From an uncultured Clostridia bacterium (GTDB lineage Bacteria > Bacillota > Clostridia > TANB77 > CAG-508): a stretch of DNA of 36,170 bases. The translations under genes were made by a program, and so were the position numbers. Below are positions 9,822-18,305 of this stretch, one piece after another (position 1 is the stretch's first letter; each line of letters starts with the position of its first letter). The notes beneath the pieces were generated by a model. It saw nothing but the letters and a program-made list of their open reading frames with translations, was not told the origin of the DNA and searched no databases. The DNA is taken from positions 1 to 36,170 of the forward strand of contig CANPWI010000002.1 in the NCBI GenBank assembly GCA_947584125.1. Reading direction: 5' to 3'.

Positions 9822-10829
9822 TTATTGTTCAAAGTAATCTAACTTCATTGCTTTTTTTACCTTTTTCATTGTTTCTTTTGCTTTGTTTCTTGCTTCTTTA
9901 GTTCCTTCTTCTAAAATTTTATCTACTAATTCTGGATGTTCTTCATAATATTTTCTTTTTTCTCTTATAGGCTCTAGCATTTTATTTATATTTTTTGCTA
10001 ATTGTTTCTTACAAGCTACACATCCTCTTTTTCCTGCTTTACATTCTTCACATACTGCTTCTACTTCTTCTTTTGAACTAAATAAATTATGATAATATGA
10101 TACCATACAAATATTAGGGTTTCCTGGATCATCTTTTTTTATTCTTCCTGGATCTGTTAATGCACCCATTACTTTTTTATTTACTACTTCTTCATCATCA
10201 GATAAGTAAATTGCATTTCCTAAGGATTTTCCCATTTTTTCGTTACCATCTAATCCTTTTATTCTTTTTTGTGTTGAAAGTACAGCTTCTGGTTCTTTTA
10301 AAATTTCTCCATATATACTATTAAACTTTCTAACTATTTCTCTTGTTTGTTCTATTAATGGTAATTGGTCTTCTCCAACTGGAACAAGTTCTCCTTCTAA
10401 TGCTGTTATGTCTGCTGCTTGACTAACAGGATAACCTAAAAATCCATAAGTTACACTTTCTCCAAATATATCTTTCTTTTGAGCAATTTCTGTTTTTACT
10501 GTTGGGTTTCTTTCAAGTCTTGAAATTGTAACAAGGTTTGAATAATATACTGTAAGTTCTGCCACTTCTGGAATCATAGATTGTATGTATATAGTTGTTT
10601 TTTTAGGGTCTATTCCAACTGATAAATAATCCATTACCACTTCTCTAACATTTTTTCTAACTTTTTCTGGGTTATTAAAATTATCTGTTAATGCTTGAAC
10701 ATCTGCAACTAAAATATAACTTTTATATTCATCTTGTAATTTAACTCTATTTTGTAATGAACCAAAATAATGACCAATATGTAATCGTCCTGTAGGTCTA
10801 TCACCTGTTACTATTATTTTTTTATCCAT
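9822..10829 (-). CDS. trpS: Tryptophan--tRNA ligase with a C-terminal Cys cluster
   Basis: The product has TGDRPTGRLHIGHYFG (HIGH), KMGKS (KMSKS) and a typical TrpRS core. Cys residues lie at 241, 260, 263, 270 and 273. Confidence 0.92.
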   Translation of the reverse strand: MDKKIIVTGDRPTGRLHIGHYFGSLQNRVKLQDEYKSYILVADVQALTDNFNNPEKVRKNVREVVMDYLSVGIDPKKTTIYIQSMIPEVAELTVYYSNLVTISRLERNPTVKTEIAQKKDIFGESVTYGFLGYPVSQAADITALEGELVPVGEDQLPLIEQTREIVRKFNSIYGEILKEPEAVLSTQKRIKGLDGNEKMGKSLGNAIYLSDDEEVVNKKVMGALTDPGRIKKDDPGNPNICMVSYYHNLFSSKEEVEAVCEECKAGKRGCVACKKQLAKNINKMLEPIREKRKYYEEHPELVDKILEEGTKEARNKAKETMKKVKKAMKLDYFEQ

Positions 10830-10844
10830 AATTCCATATCCTTT

Positions 10845-11291
10845 CTATTTCATATTTTCTTTTTCAATTTCGTCAATCATCTTTAGTCTTTCTTCATGTC
10901 TTCCTCCATCAAATTCTGTTGCTATCCACATTCTTACAATACATATTGCTTCATGTACGCTTAAATAATCTGAACCAAGTGCTAAAACATTTGTATTACC
11001 ATGTGCTCTTGACATTTTAGCTCCTTGTTCTGTTGAAATATTTGCACATCTAATTCCTTTAAATTTATTTGCTACTATGCTCATTCCTATACCAGACCCA
11101 CATATTAATATTCCTTTTTCACATTCTTTATTTTGCACAGCTTTAGAAACTTCTTTTGCAATATTTGGATAATCAACTCTTTCCTCTGAGAATGTTCCTA
11201 AATCTTTAATTTCTATTCCACTTTCATCTAAATATCTTTTTATTTCTTCTTTTAATTTATATCCTCTATGGTCACAACCTAATGCTATCAT
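10845..11291 (-). CDS. rpiB: Ribose-5-phosphate isomerase B (RpiB/LacAB family)
   Basis: The product reads MIALGCDHRGYKLKEEIKRYL..ILICGSGIGMSIVANKFKGIRCA. I set the start at the ATG at 11291, downstream of a GGAGG. The track start at 11306 overlaps that RBS. Confidence 0.88.
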   Translation of the reverse strand: MIALGCDHRGYKLKEEIKRYLDESGIEIKDLGTFSEERVDYPNIAKEVSKAVQNKECEKGILICGSGIGMSIVANKFKGIRCANISTEQGAKMSRAHGNTNVLALGSDYLSVHEAICIVRMWIATEFDGGRHEERLKMIDEIEKENMK

Positions 11292-11423
11292 ATTTTCTAC
11301 CTCCATTTCTTTTTTCTTAATATACCATAAACCCGTCGAAAATACAATATATAGTGTTCTTTATTTCATATTTTTTTATATTAGTAATATATTTATATAA
11401 ATATATTATTCTAGGAGGAAACT

Positions 11424-12614
11424 ATGCAAAAACATTCTTTTAAATGTTTTACTCTTTCAGTAAAACATAATATACTCCCTTTTTTATTTGTTTTGTTTAC
11501 AATATTTTTAGTTATTTTTTCAAAGCAAAATTTAACAGCTACTCATGATGGTTTATTATTATGTGTAAATTCAGTAGTTCCTTCTCTTTTTCCTTTTTTT
11601 ATTGCTACCGAATTACTTGGATATACAAATTTAATATCTTATTTAGGTAAGTTATTTAACAAAATAATGAGACCTTTTTTTAATGTTCCAGGTGAAGGTG
11701 CTTTTGCTTTTATTATGGGAATTATTAGTGGCTATCCAGTTGGTGCAAAAATTGTATCTAAACTTTATGATGATGGTTTATGTACAAAGGTAGAGGCTGA
11801 AAGACTGCTTGCTTTTACAAATAATTCTGGTCCGCTTTTTATTATTGGTACTGTTGGTATTAGTTTATTTAGTAATTCTACAATAGGCATTTTACTTTTT
11901 ATAACACATTTACTTGCTAGCTTAACAGTAGCATTTTTATTTAGATTTTGGAAAGCGAGTTCTAAATTTAATAATGAACCAGAATATAGATTTTCTGATA
12001 ATAAAAATAAAAATGTTGAATTTAAAGATTTAGGAGAGGTTCTTTCAAAAAGTATTTCTAATGCAATATCTTCTGTTGTTTTAATTGGCGGTTTTGTTGT
12101 GTTTTTTAGTGTAGTTCTTTCTATACTTAATAATTGTGGCTTTTTATCATTGTTAGCCAACATACTTACTCCTATATTTAATTTCTTTCATATTAATACA
12201 AGTTTTATTAAGCCTATTTTGTCTGGAATCATTGAGCTTACTAATGGTTTGAAACTTACAAGTAATATTTCTATTAAAGAGATATCTATAAATATAATTA
12301 TTTGTTCGTTTTTACTTGGTTTTGGAGGTTTTTCAGTATTATTACAAGTATTTAGTATTATTGCAAAGTCTGGATTATCTATAAAATCATATTTTATTGG
12401 TAAGCTTCTTCATGGAACTATTGCAAGTATTTATACTTTTTTGGTAATTAAATATATCCCTTATTTTAATTTTGATATAACACCTGTTTTTTCACAAGCT
12501 AATAATTCTTTAGTACTTAGTTATATAAATAAATATAATTTAATTATTTTATTAGTAATACTTGCTCTATCATCTATTTTAATTTTTAAAAGAAAAAAAG
12601 CATATAAAACTTAG
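11424..12614 (+). CDS. ylbJ: Sporulation integral membrane protein YlbJ (nucleoside-recognition/Gate domain)
   Basis: The polytopic membrane protein contains VVPSLFPFFIATELL..PGEGAFAFIMGIISGYPVGAKIV..AERLLAFTNNSGPLFIIGTVG, which is characteristic of YlbJ. There is an AGGAGG RBS. Confidence 0.75.
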   Translation: MQKHSFKCFTLSVKHNILPFLFVLFTIFLVIFSKQNLTATHDGLLLCVNSVVPSLFPFFIATELLGYTNLISYLGKLFNKIMRPFFNVPGEGAFAFIMGIISGYPVGAKIVSKLYDDGLCTKVEAERLLAFTNNSGPLFIIGTVGISLFSNSTIGILLFITHLLASLTVAFLFRFWKASSKFNNEPEYRFSDNKNKNVEFKDLGEVLSKSISNAISSVVLIGGFVVFFSVVLSILNNCGFLSLLANILTPIFNFFHINTSFIKPILSGIIELTNGLKLTSNISIKEISINIIICSFLLGFGGFSVLLQVFSIIAKSGLSIKSYFIGKLLHGTIASIYTFLVIKYIPYFNFDITPVFSQANNSLVLSYINKYNLIILLVILALSSILIFKRKKAYKT

Positions 12615-12716
12615 TTTTTGAATATTTATATTACGAATATGTAGGAAAGTACCTTTTTCCTATTATATAAAAAATATTTTTTTATAAGCAATATAAATTG
12701 CTAGAATGGAGGTTTT

Positions 12717-12947
12717 ATGGATAAAAATACAGATTTTAATAATTTTTCTCAATATGATAATTTAGGCTATGACCCAAGTATGTACGATATGTATAAAGAC
12801 CCATTGTTTAATCCAATGGCACAGTATGAGCAAGCTTATATGTATTATAGATGTATGTGTATGCAATTAGATTACAAAATAAAATGTAAGGAATATGAGA
12901 AAATCTGCTTATCTAAGGATTCAAAAACTGAAAGAAGAGTTGAATAA
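12717..12947 (+). CDS. Small Tyr/Met/Cys/Asp-rich protein, unknown function
   Basis: The 76-aa product is MDKNTDFNNFSQYDNLGYDPSMYDMYKDPLFNPMAQYEQAYMYYRCMCMQLDYKIKCKEYEKICLSKDSKTERRVE. There is a GGAGG RBS 4 nt upstream, and a terminator overlaps the stop codon. Confidence 0.55.
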   Translation: MDKNTDFNNFSQYDNLGYDPSMYDMYKDPLFNPMAQYEQAYMYYRCMCMQLDYKIKCKEYEKICLSKDSKTERRVE

Positions 12948-12961
12948 TTAAATTCAACTCT
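12936..12961. terminator. Bidirectional hairpin terminator between the small ORF (+) and pdp (-)
   Basis: A 10-bp stem, AGAGTTGAAT/ATTCAACTCT, with a 6-nt loop is flanked by A/T runs on both sides. Confidence 0.65.
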
Positions 12962-14263
12962 TTATATTATATCTATAATAGATGCTTGTTTTTCTACATT
13001 TTCTTCAGATATTTTAATAACATTTTCTAGCTCTTTTACAGCGTTTTTTGTTTTTATTTCATCATCACCATGCGCATAAGCTAAAATTTCACCTTGCTTA
13101 ACATAGTTACTTGTTTTCTTTTCTAAAACTATACCTACTTTATTGTTAATTTTATCTTCTTTTTTTAATCTTCCAGCTCCTAAACTTTGTGATATTTTTC
13201 CTATTTCTAAGGCATTAATTTCTTTTACATATCCACTTTTTGTTGCTATTACTGGTAATATATATTTTGCTTTTTCAAATAAATTTGTATTTTCTATGTA
13301 TCTTACATCTCCTCCTTGAGTTTTAACAAGTTCTTTTAGTTTTTCAAGTGCTTTTCCATTTTCTATTGTTTTCATCATATTTATTTTATTTTCTTCTAAA
13401 TCATTTCCTTTTCCTGCTAATTTTATTATATATGCTCCTAATTCTAATATAATTTCTTTTACATCTTCTTGCATATTTCCTTTTAGTGCTTCTACTACCT
13501 CTATTATTTCTAATGAATTTCCAACTGCTTTTCCTAATGGTTCGTTCATATTAGTTATTACGCATACTGTTTCTTTGTTTGCAAGTTTTCCTATTTCCTT
13601 CATTGTTTTTGAAAGTAATACTGCATCTTCTTTATTTTTCATAAAAGCACCTTTTCCAACTGTAACATCTAAAACCAACTTGTTTGCTCCTGCTGCAATT
13701 TTTTTGCTCATTATGCTTGATGCTATTAATGGTATGCTTTCTGTACAACTTATGGTATCTCTTAATGCATATATTTTTTTATCTGCTGGTGCTAAATTTA
13801 AGGTTTGACCTATTAAACTAATTCCTATATTCTCTACATTTTTTATAAATTCATCTATTGAAATATTTGTTTTATAACCTGGTATTGATTCTAATTTGTC
13901 TACTGTTCCTCCAGTAAAACCTAGTCCTCTACCTGACATTTTTGCTACTGGAATTCCCATTGCAGAAATTATTGGCATTAAAATTATTGTTACTTTATCT
14001 CCTACTCCTCCTGTACTATGTTTATCTACCACATTTTCTCCAAATTTTGATAAATCTAATACATCTCCTGAATATGCCATTGCTAAAGTTAAATTAGTAA
14101 TTTCTTCTTTACTCATTCCTTTTATATATATTGCCATTATAAGTGCTGCTGCTTGATAGTCTGTTATTTCTTCTTTTGTATATCCATTAATAAAAAATTC
14201 TATTTCTTCTTTTGATAATTCATTGCCATCTCTTTTTTTAGCTATTATATCTAATATATTCAT
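12962..14263 (-). CDS. pdp: Pyrimidine-nucleoside (thymidine) phosphorylase
   Basis: The product reads MNILDIIAKKRDGNELSKEEIEFFINGYTKEEITDYQAAALIMAIYIKGM..DKHSTGGVGDK.. The start is the ATG at 14263 after a GGAGGA. The earlier ATGs in the track ORF lack an RBS. Confidence 0.9.
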   Translation of the reverse strand: MNILDIIAKKRDGNELSKEEIEFFINGYTKEEITDYQAAALIMAIYIKGMSKEEITNLTLAMAYSGDVLDLSKFGENVVDKHSTGGVGDKVTIILMPIISAMGIPVAKMSGRGLGFTGGTVDKLESIPGYKTNISIDEFIKNVENIGISLIGQTLNLAPADKKIYALRDTISCTESIPLIASSIMSKKIAAGANKLVLDVTVGKGAFMKNKEDAVLLSKTMKEIGKLANKETVCVITNMNEPLGKAVGNSLEIIEVVEALKGNMQEDVKEIILELGAYIIKLAGKGNDLEENKINMMKTIENGKALEKLKELVKTQGGDVRYIENTNLFEKAKYILPVIATKSGYVKEINALEIGKISQSLGAGRLKKEDKINNKVGIVLEKKTSNYVKQGEILAYAHGDDEIKTKNAVKELENVIKISEENVEKQASIIDII

Positions 14264-14342
14264 TATATCCTCCATTTTTGTTTTAATGAACAAATTTTTT
14301 TACTCTATAGAAAAGTATATATTTTTATAATTATTTTTTAGA

Positions 14343-14375
14343 ATATAAAAATAAAAGGACATTTAATATCCTTTT
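14343..14375 (-). terminator. Intrinsic terminator downstream of hup
   Basis: The minus strand reads AAAAGGA-loop-TCCTTTT followed by a T-rich run. Confidence 0.6.
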
Positions 14376-14399
14376 ATTTTTACACACATTTATTTTTAA

Positions 14400-14678
14400 T
14401 TATTTTTTGTTAACTAAATCTTTTAATGCTTTACCAGCTTTGAATACTGGAGCTTTTGATGCAGGTATTTTGATTTCTACTTTAGTTTGTGGATTTCTAC
14501 CTTTTCTTGCAGCTCTGTTTCTAACTTCGAAAGAACCAAATCCTACTAATTGTACTTTTTCTCCTTTTACTAAAGCTTCTGTTATTACTTCTGTGAAAGC
14601 ATTAACTGCTGCCTCTGCATTTTTCTTTGTTTCTCCTGTTTTTGCAGCCATTGCCGCGATTAAATCTGATTTGTTCAT
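14400..14678 (-). CDS. hup: HU family DNA-binding protein
   Basis: The product [65 protein letters not shown] is canonical HU. Confidence 0.95.
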   Translation of the reverse strand: MNKSDLIAAMAAKTGETKKNAEAAVNAFTEVITEALVKGEKVQLVGFGSFEVRNRAARKGRNPQTKVEIKIPASKAPVFKAGKALKDLVNKK

Positions 14679-14852
14679 TATAAACTACCTCCTATAAAAG
14701 TTTGATATCTTCTGTAGAATTTGCTTCTACAACTTAAATATTCGCCTTTTTTTTATAAAATCCTTCTTTTTTTTTATATTTTTTTATTAAAATTGCCTTT
14801 GTTTAGCTGTTTTTTTATGTTTTGTTTTTAAAACAACGATATTTTAATCTCT

Positions 14853-16484
14853 TTAATCCGCATATATTCCAAGCTTTTCAAGGATTTTTACAAGCTTATT
14901 ACCATATGGAATCATACACATTTCTTCTTTGGTAAAAATTTTTAAAATTACTATTAATATTGCATAAATTATAACTGCAGATATTAATGCTATTAATGTA
15001 ACTATTTTTCCTGGAAGGATTCCTAATAATATATTGTATATAAAATATGAAATTATACACATAATTATTGTTGCAATAATTGGCTTTACTATAAAATTTG
15101 AAACTTTTAAATCTATTTTCATACTTTTCATTAGTATATAAAAACTTATTACAAATGCTATAAAAACATTTACAACTGATGCAATAGCTGCTCCATTTAC
15201 TCCAATTTTTGGGTTTGATATTAATACAATATTTAAAATAAATTTAACAATTAACCCTATTGCTGAAGCTATTGCTGGAACCATAACTCTTCCTAAACCT
15301 TGCAATGCTCCATTTACTGTTTGCATTAAAACTGCAAATATTATTGTTAATGCACTTATTTGTAATAAAAACGCACCTGATGCTGCATTTGGAAATAGTA
15401 ATTGTAAAATTGGCTCAGCAAATATAAACATTCCAAATGTACATGGTAAACCTAAAATCATTGTAACCATTAATGAAAACTTAACCCTTTTATTTGCATT
15501 TTCCATATTATTTGTTGCTTTTGCAGATGCTATTGTTGGTACTAATGCTGTAGCAAATGCTACATTAAATGATAGTGGTAATGTTATTAGTGTGTCTACT
15601 TTTCCACTTAATATTCCATATTGCACTTTTGCTTCTGTTTCAGTTAGGAAAGCTTTTAGTCCTCTTACTACTGTTATTGAATCTATATTTTTTCCTAGAG
15701 ATGTCATTATAGCACTTAATGAAATTGGTATTGATACATATAAGATTTTCTTTATAATACTTTTTATTCTTTCTGGTTTATAATTTACTGTATTTTTTAT
15801 TTCTTGTGCAATTTCTTTTTTTCCTTTTTTATAGTATAGATATAAATAAGCAAAACTTAAAAATACTGATAAAGTTGTTGCAAGGTTTGCTCCTGCTGCC
15901 ATAATTTTAGTATTTGTTCCATATATTAAACATACCATTTCTACTACTATAACTGTTAATAATGTTTTAAAAACTTGCTCTAATGTTTGAGATTTTGCAG
16001 TTACAGATAAATGCTCTCGACCATTAAAATATCCTCTAATAACAGATGCAATAGCTACAAAAAATATAGATGGTGATAATGCAACTAAAGTTAATTCTGC
16101 TTCTGGTATTTGTAGTAGTGTATTTGAAATATACCCTGCTCCTAAAAATAGTATTAATGTACCAATCAAACCTAAAATTCCAAATGTAGCAAATGATATT
16201 TTGAACACCCTATGTGCTCCTTTATGGTCACCTACTGCAACTCTTTCTGATACAAGCTTTGAAATTGCGTTTGGTACACCCACAGATGAGAGTGTTAATA
16301 ATAATGCATAAATTTGATATCCACTACTATATATTGCATTTCCTTCATCCCCAAAGCCTTCTCTATTTGTTAAATATAGCTTATATATCAGTCCTAATAG
16401 TTTTATTAATACCTGTGAAACCATTAGAACTAGAACACCTTTCATAAAGCTTTCTGTTTTATTTTTCTTCTTCGTTTTTTGCAT
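14853..16484 (-). CDS. MOP-superfamily polysaccharide/lipid II flippase (SpoVB/MurJ-like)
   Basis: The roughly 14-TM protein has an N-terminus, FMKGVLVLMVSQVLIKLLGLIYKLYLTNREGFGDEGNAIYSSGYQIY, typical of SpoVB/YtgP-type proteins. The start is probably the ATG at 16484, which has an AAAGGAAAG RBS. The track start at 16499 is an alternative. Confidence 0.75.
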   Translation of the reverse strand: MQKTKKKNKTESFMKGVLVLMVSQVLIKLLGLIYKLYLTNREGFGDEGNAIYSSGYQIYALLLTLSSVGVPNAISKLVSERVAVGDHKGAHRVFKISFATFGILGLIGTLILFLGAGYISNTLLQIPEAELTLVALSPSIFFVAIASVIRGYFNGREHLSVTAKSQTLEQVFKTLLTVIVVEMVCLIYGTNTKIMAAGANLATTLSVFLSFAYLYLYYKKGKKEIAQEIKNTVNYKPERIKSIIKKILYVSIPISLSAIMTSLGKNIDSITVVRGLKAFLTETEAKVQYGILSGKVDTLITLPLSFNVAFATALVPTIASAKATNNMENANKRVKFSLMVTMILGLPCTFGMFIFAEPILQLLFPNAASGAFLLQISALTIIFAVLMQTVNGALQGLGRVMVPAIASAIGLIVKFILNIVLISNPKIGVNGAAIASVVNVFIAFVISFYILMKSMKIDLKVSNFIVKPIIATIIMCIISYFIYNILLGILPGKIVTLIALISAVIIYAILIVILKIFTKEEMCMIPYGNKLVKILEKLGIYAD

Positions 16485-16621
16485 TTTCTTTCCTTTCATA
16501 TATAATATAATTAATTATATTAATAAATTATATGATATGCAAGTACTTTTTATCATTTCACTTTTCTTTTTTTTATTATTCTGTTATAATATTATAAATT
16601 TAATATGTTAGGAGAATTATT

Positions 16622-17062
16622 ATGTCTAAATTAATTGCTAAAAATCCTACAGCTTATCATAATTACAATATAACTGATACTATAGAATGTGGTATAGTAT
16701 TGTCTGGAACAGAAATAAAATCTATTAGAGCTGGTAAAGTAAATTTAAAGGATTCTTATGCTATTGTTAAGGATGGAGAAGTTTTTGTTTATGGTATGCA
16801 TATTAGTCCTTATGAACATGGAAACATATTTAATAAAGACCCTCTAAGAGCTAGAAAGTTATTATTAACAAAAAGAGAAATTAATAAACTTTTTGGCCTT
16901 ATTAAACAAAAAGGATTTACACTTGTTCCTATAAGTTTATATTTTAAGGGCAGTTTAGTAAAACTTGAATTAGGTATAGGAAAAGGTAAAAAACTATATG
17001 ATAAACGAGAAGAAATTGCAAAAAAAGATGCCCAACTTAATATTAGAAGAAATCTAAAATAA
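16622..17062 (+). CDS. smpB: SsrA-binding protein SmpB
   Basis: The product reads [59 protein letters not shown]. There is an AGGAGA RBS. Confidence 0.95.
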   Translation: MSKLIAKNPTAYHNYNITDTIECGIVLSGTEIKSIRAGKVNLKDSYAIVKDGEVFVYGMHISPYEHGNIFNKDPLRARKLLLTKREINKLFGLIKQKGFTLVPISLYFKGSLVKLELGIGKGKKLYDKREEIAKKDAQLNIRRNLK

Positions 17063-17102
17063 AATATATTTAACAAATAAACCAAAATTTCCCTTATATT
17101 GC

Positions 17103-17131
17103 TTGCATTTTTTTTTAATGTATGTTAGAAT
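17103..17131 (+). promoter_or_regulatory. Sigma-A promoter of rpsT
   Basis: The sequence reads TTGCAT (17103-17108), a 17-nt spacer, then TAGAAT (17126-17131). A TG is placed as in an extended -10 element (TGTTAGAAT). Confidence 0.55.
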
Positions 17132-17177
17132 ATTATATGTTATAGTTTACTTTAGCTAAGAGGAGGTGCTTATAGTT

Positions 17178-17444
17178 ATGCCAAATATTAAATCAGCAAT
17201 AAAAAGAGTAAGTGTTATTGAGAAAAAAACAATGAGAAATAATATGATTAAATCTGGATATAGAACAGCTGTTAAAAAATGTGAACAAGCTATTCTTGAT
17301 AAAGATGTTAAGCTTGCAGATACATTATTTTCTGAAGCTACAAAAAAAATAGATCAAGCTTGTTCAAAAGGTGTTATTGTAAAAAATACAGCTGCTAGAA
17401 AAAAATCTAATTTAGCAAAAAAATTAAATGCTATAAAAGCATAG
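17178..17444 (+). CDS. rpsT: 30S ribosomal protein S20
   Basis: The product reads MPNIKSAIKRVSVIEKKTMRNNMIKSGYRTAVKK... The start is the ATG at 17178. The GTG at 17166 used by the ORF track overlaps the GAGGAGG RBS. Confidence 0.92.
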   Translation: MPNIKSAIKRVSVIEKKTMRNNMIKSGYRTAVKKCEQAILDKDVKLADTLFSEATKKIDQACSKGVIVKNTAARKKSNLAKKLNAIKA

Positions 17445-17450
17445 TTTTAA

Positions 17451-17475
17451 GAGAATACAATAGTATTCTCTTTTT
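17451..17475 (+). terminator. Intrinsic terminator of rpsT
   Basis: The sequence reads GAGAATAC-AATA-GTATTCTC followed by TTTTT. Confidence 0.8.
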
Positions 17476-17545
17476 CCATGTATTACCTTTGATTATTCTA
17501 TAATTTTATGTTAATATAAATTATAGAGAATTGAAGGTGATTTTT

Positions 17546-17815
17546 ATGTTTAGTATAATTAAAGAAAAATATAAAAATATAAGAGAAGTTTATATTAATT
17601 TAGAAAGTAAAATAAAAAAGATTATGAAATGTGGATTTATATTTTCCTTAATTGTTTGCTTATTATCTTGTTTTGTACTTTCAATATATGATTCTTTATA
17701 TGAAAATCCAGATTTATATTACATAGGTTTAGAATTATTTAGATGCGGACTATTTTTTATTGTAGAATTTATAATATGTGGTTTTGCTATTGATAAAATA
17801 AAAAAACAATTGTAA
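17546..17815 (+). CDS. Small membrane protein, unknown function
   Basis: The product MFSIIKEKYKNIREVYINLESKIKKIMKCGFIFSLIVCLLSCFVL...GLFFIVEFIICGFAIDKIKKQL has two hydrophobic segments. The ATG at 17546 is preceded by GAAGGTGA. The track TTG start at 17531 overlaps that RBS. Confidence 0.5.
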   Translation: MFSIIKEKYKNIREVYINLESKIKKIMKCGFIFSLIVCLLSCFVLSIYDSLYENPDLYYIGLELFRCGLFFIVEFIICGFAIDKIKKQL

Positions 17816-17840
17816 ATTTCTCCTTTTTATAAATTATAAT

Positions 17841-17871
17841 GGTATGTAATTATGAAAAATAATTACATACC
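17841..17871. terminator. Perfect 13-bp hairpin between convergent units (bidirectional terminator)
   Basis: The sequence reads GGTATGTAATTAT-GAAAA-ATAATTACATACC with flanking T/A-rich runs. Confidence 0.6.
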
Positions 17872-17879
17872 ATTTAATT

Positions 17880-18098
17880 TTATCTTAACTTTGGATATTC
17901 TCCATCTGTCCATTCCCATATAGTACTAAAATTCCAACTACTATAACTAGATTTTGTTTTCATTTTTTCAGTTGTTAATCCTTTTCCTTTATCTGTTGTA
18001 GATGTTGCTGCTATTCCACTAGTATCTGTATCCCAATAGGAATATGTTACAGTTCCATAATTTTCTCCTTGTTTATTTTGATTTTTTAATTTTATAAC
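17880..18098 (-). pseudogene. Orphan 3' fragment of a large surface/adhesin-type protein gene (C-terminal YWD..TSG..TT..M..W.F..W module); no start codon and no 5' part
   Basis: My translation gives VIKLKNQNKQGENYGTVTYSYWDTDTSGIAATSTTDKGKGLTTEKMKTKSSYSSWNFSTIWEWTDGEYPKLR*. The frame opens right after a TAA at 18099-18101. The only Met is internal, with no RBS. The pattern resembles C-termini of GLUG/haemagglutinin-like repeat proteins. Confidence 0.5.
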
Positions 18099-18126
18099 TT
18101 ATTTTTCAATTAATGATATGTATGGT

Positions 18127-18292
18127 ATGTTCGCTATCTAAAGTTATATAATAATATTTCGTTATTTTGCGATAGCGCCTGAGGTGACCGCTGAAGGCTG
18201 CCTGAGCAATTTTTAATTGCTGTTACAGCGTCAGTGGGAGAGCGAATTCGTAAAATATAAGAAAGATTATTCATATAACTTTAGAGATAAAT
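18127..18292. other. Locally G+C-rich rod-like inverted-repeat element: candidate structured ncRNA (6S-like architecture), MITE-like element or DNA hairpin
   Basis: Arm 18137-18160 pairs with 18261-18285 (23 Watson-Crick pairs, one mismatch, one bulged C at 18272). The stem continues through 18163-18171 with 18249-18257. An internal loop of 13/15 nt follows. Then comes an 8-bp helix, TGAC(c)GCTG/CAGCGTCA (18185-18193 with 18226-18233), and an apical hairpin, AGCAATT-TTT-AATTGCT (18205-18221). By my hand count the core 18169-18250 is 44/82 G+C, in a window that is otherwise very A+T rich. Confidence 0.5.
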
Positions 18293-18305
18293 TTACTATT
18301 TTTTA

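Noticed and set aside
17063-17165. A tmRNA (ssrA) gene, which is often found next to smpB.
   Set aside because: The spacer is only about 100 nt and very A+T rich. It has no tRNA-like acceptor/T-arm (GGTTCGA-type) or tag ORF, and it contains the rpsT promoter instead. I saw no tRNA-like T-arm motif anywhere in the window.
18169-18250. Matching the G+C-rich core to known riboswitches, ribozymes or RNAs: hammerhead (CUGANGA..GAAA), twister, glycine (GGAGAG..ACCGAAGGGGCAA), TPP, cobalamin B12 box, guanidine-III, SRP RNA helix 8 (GGAAGGAAGCAGC), RNase P and T-box.
   Set aside because: Only short chance-level resemblances were found (for example CUGAGG, ACCGCUGAAGG, GGGAGAG). They are in the wrong order or lack the invariant nucleotides of each class. 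No expression platform or downstream gene is present.
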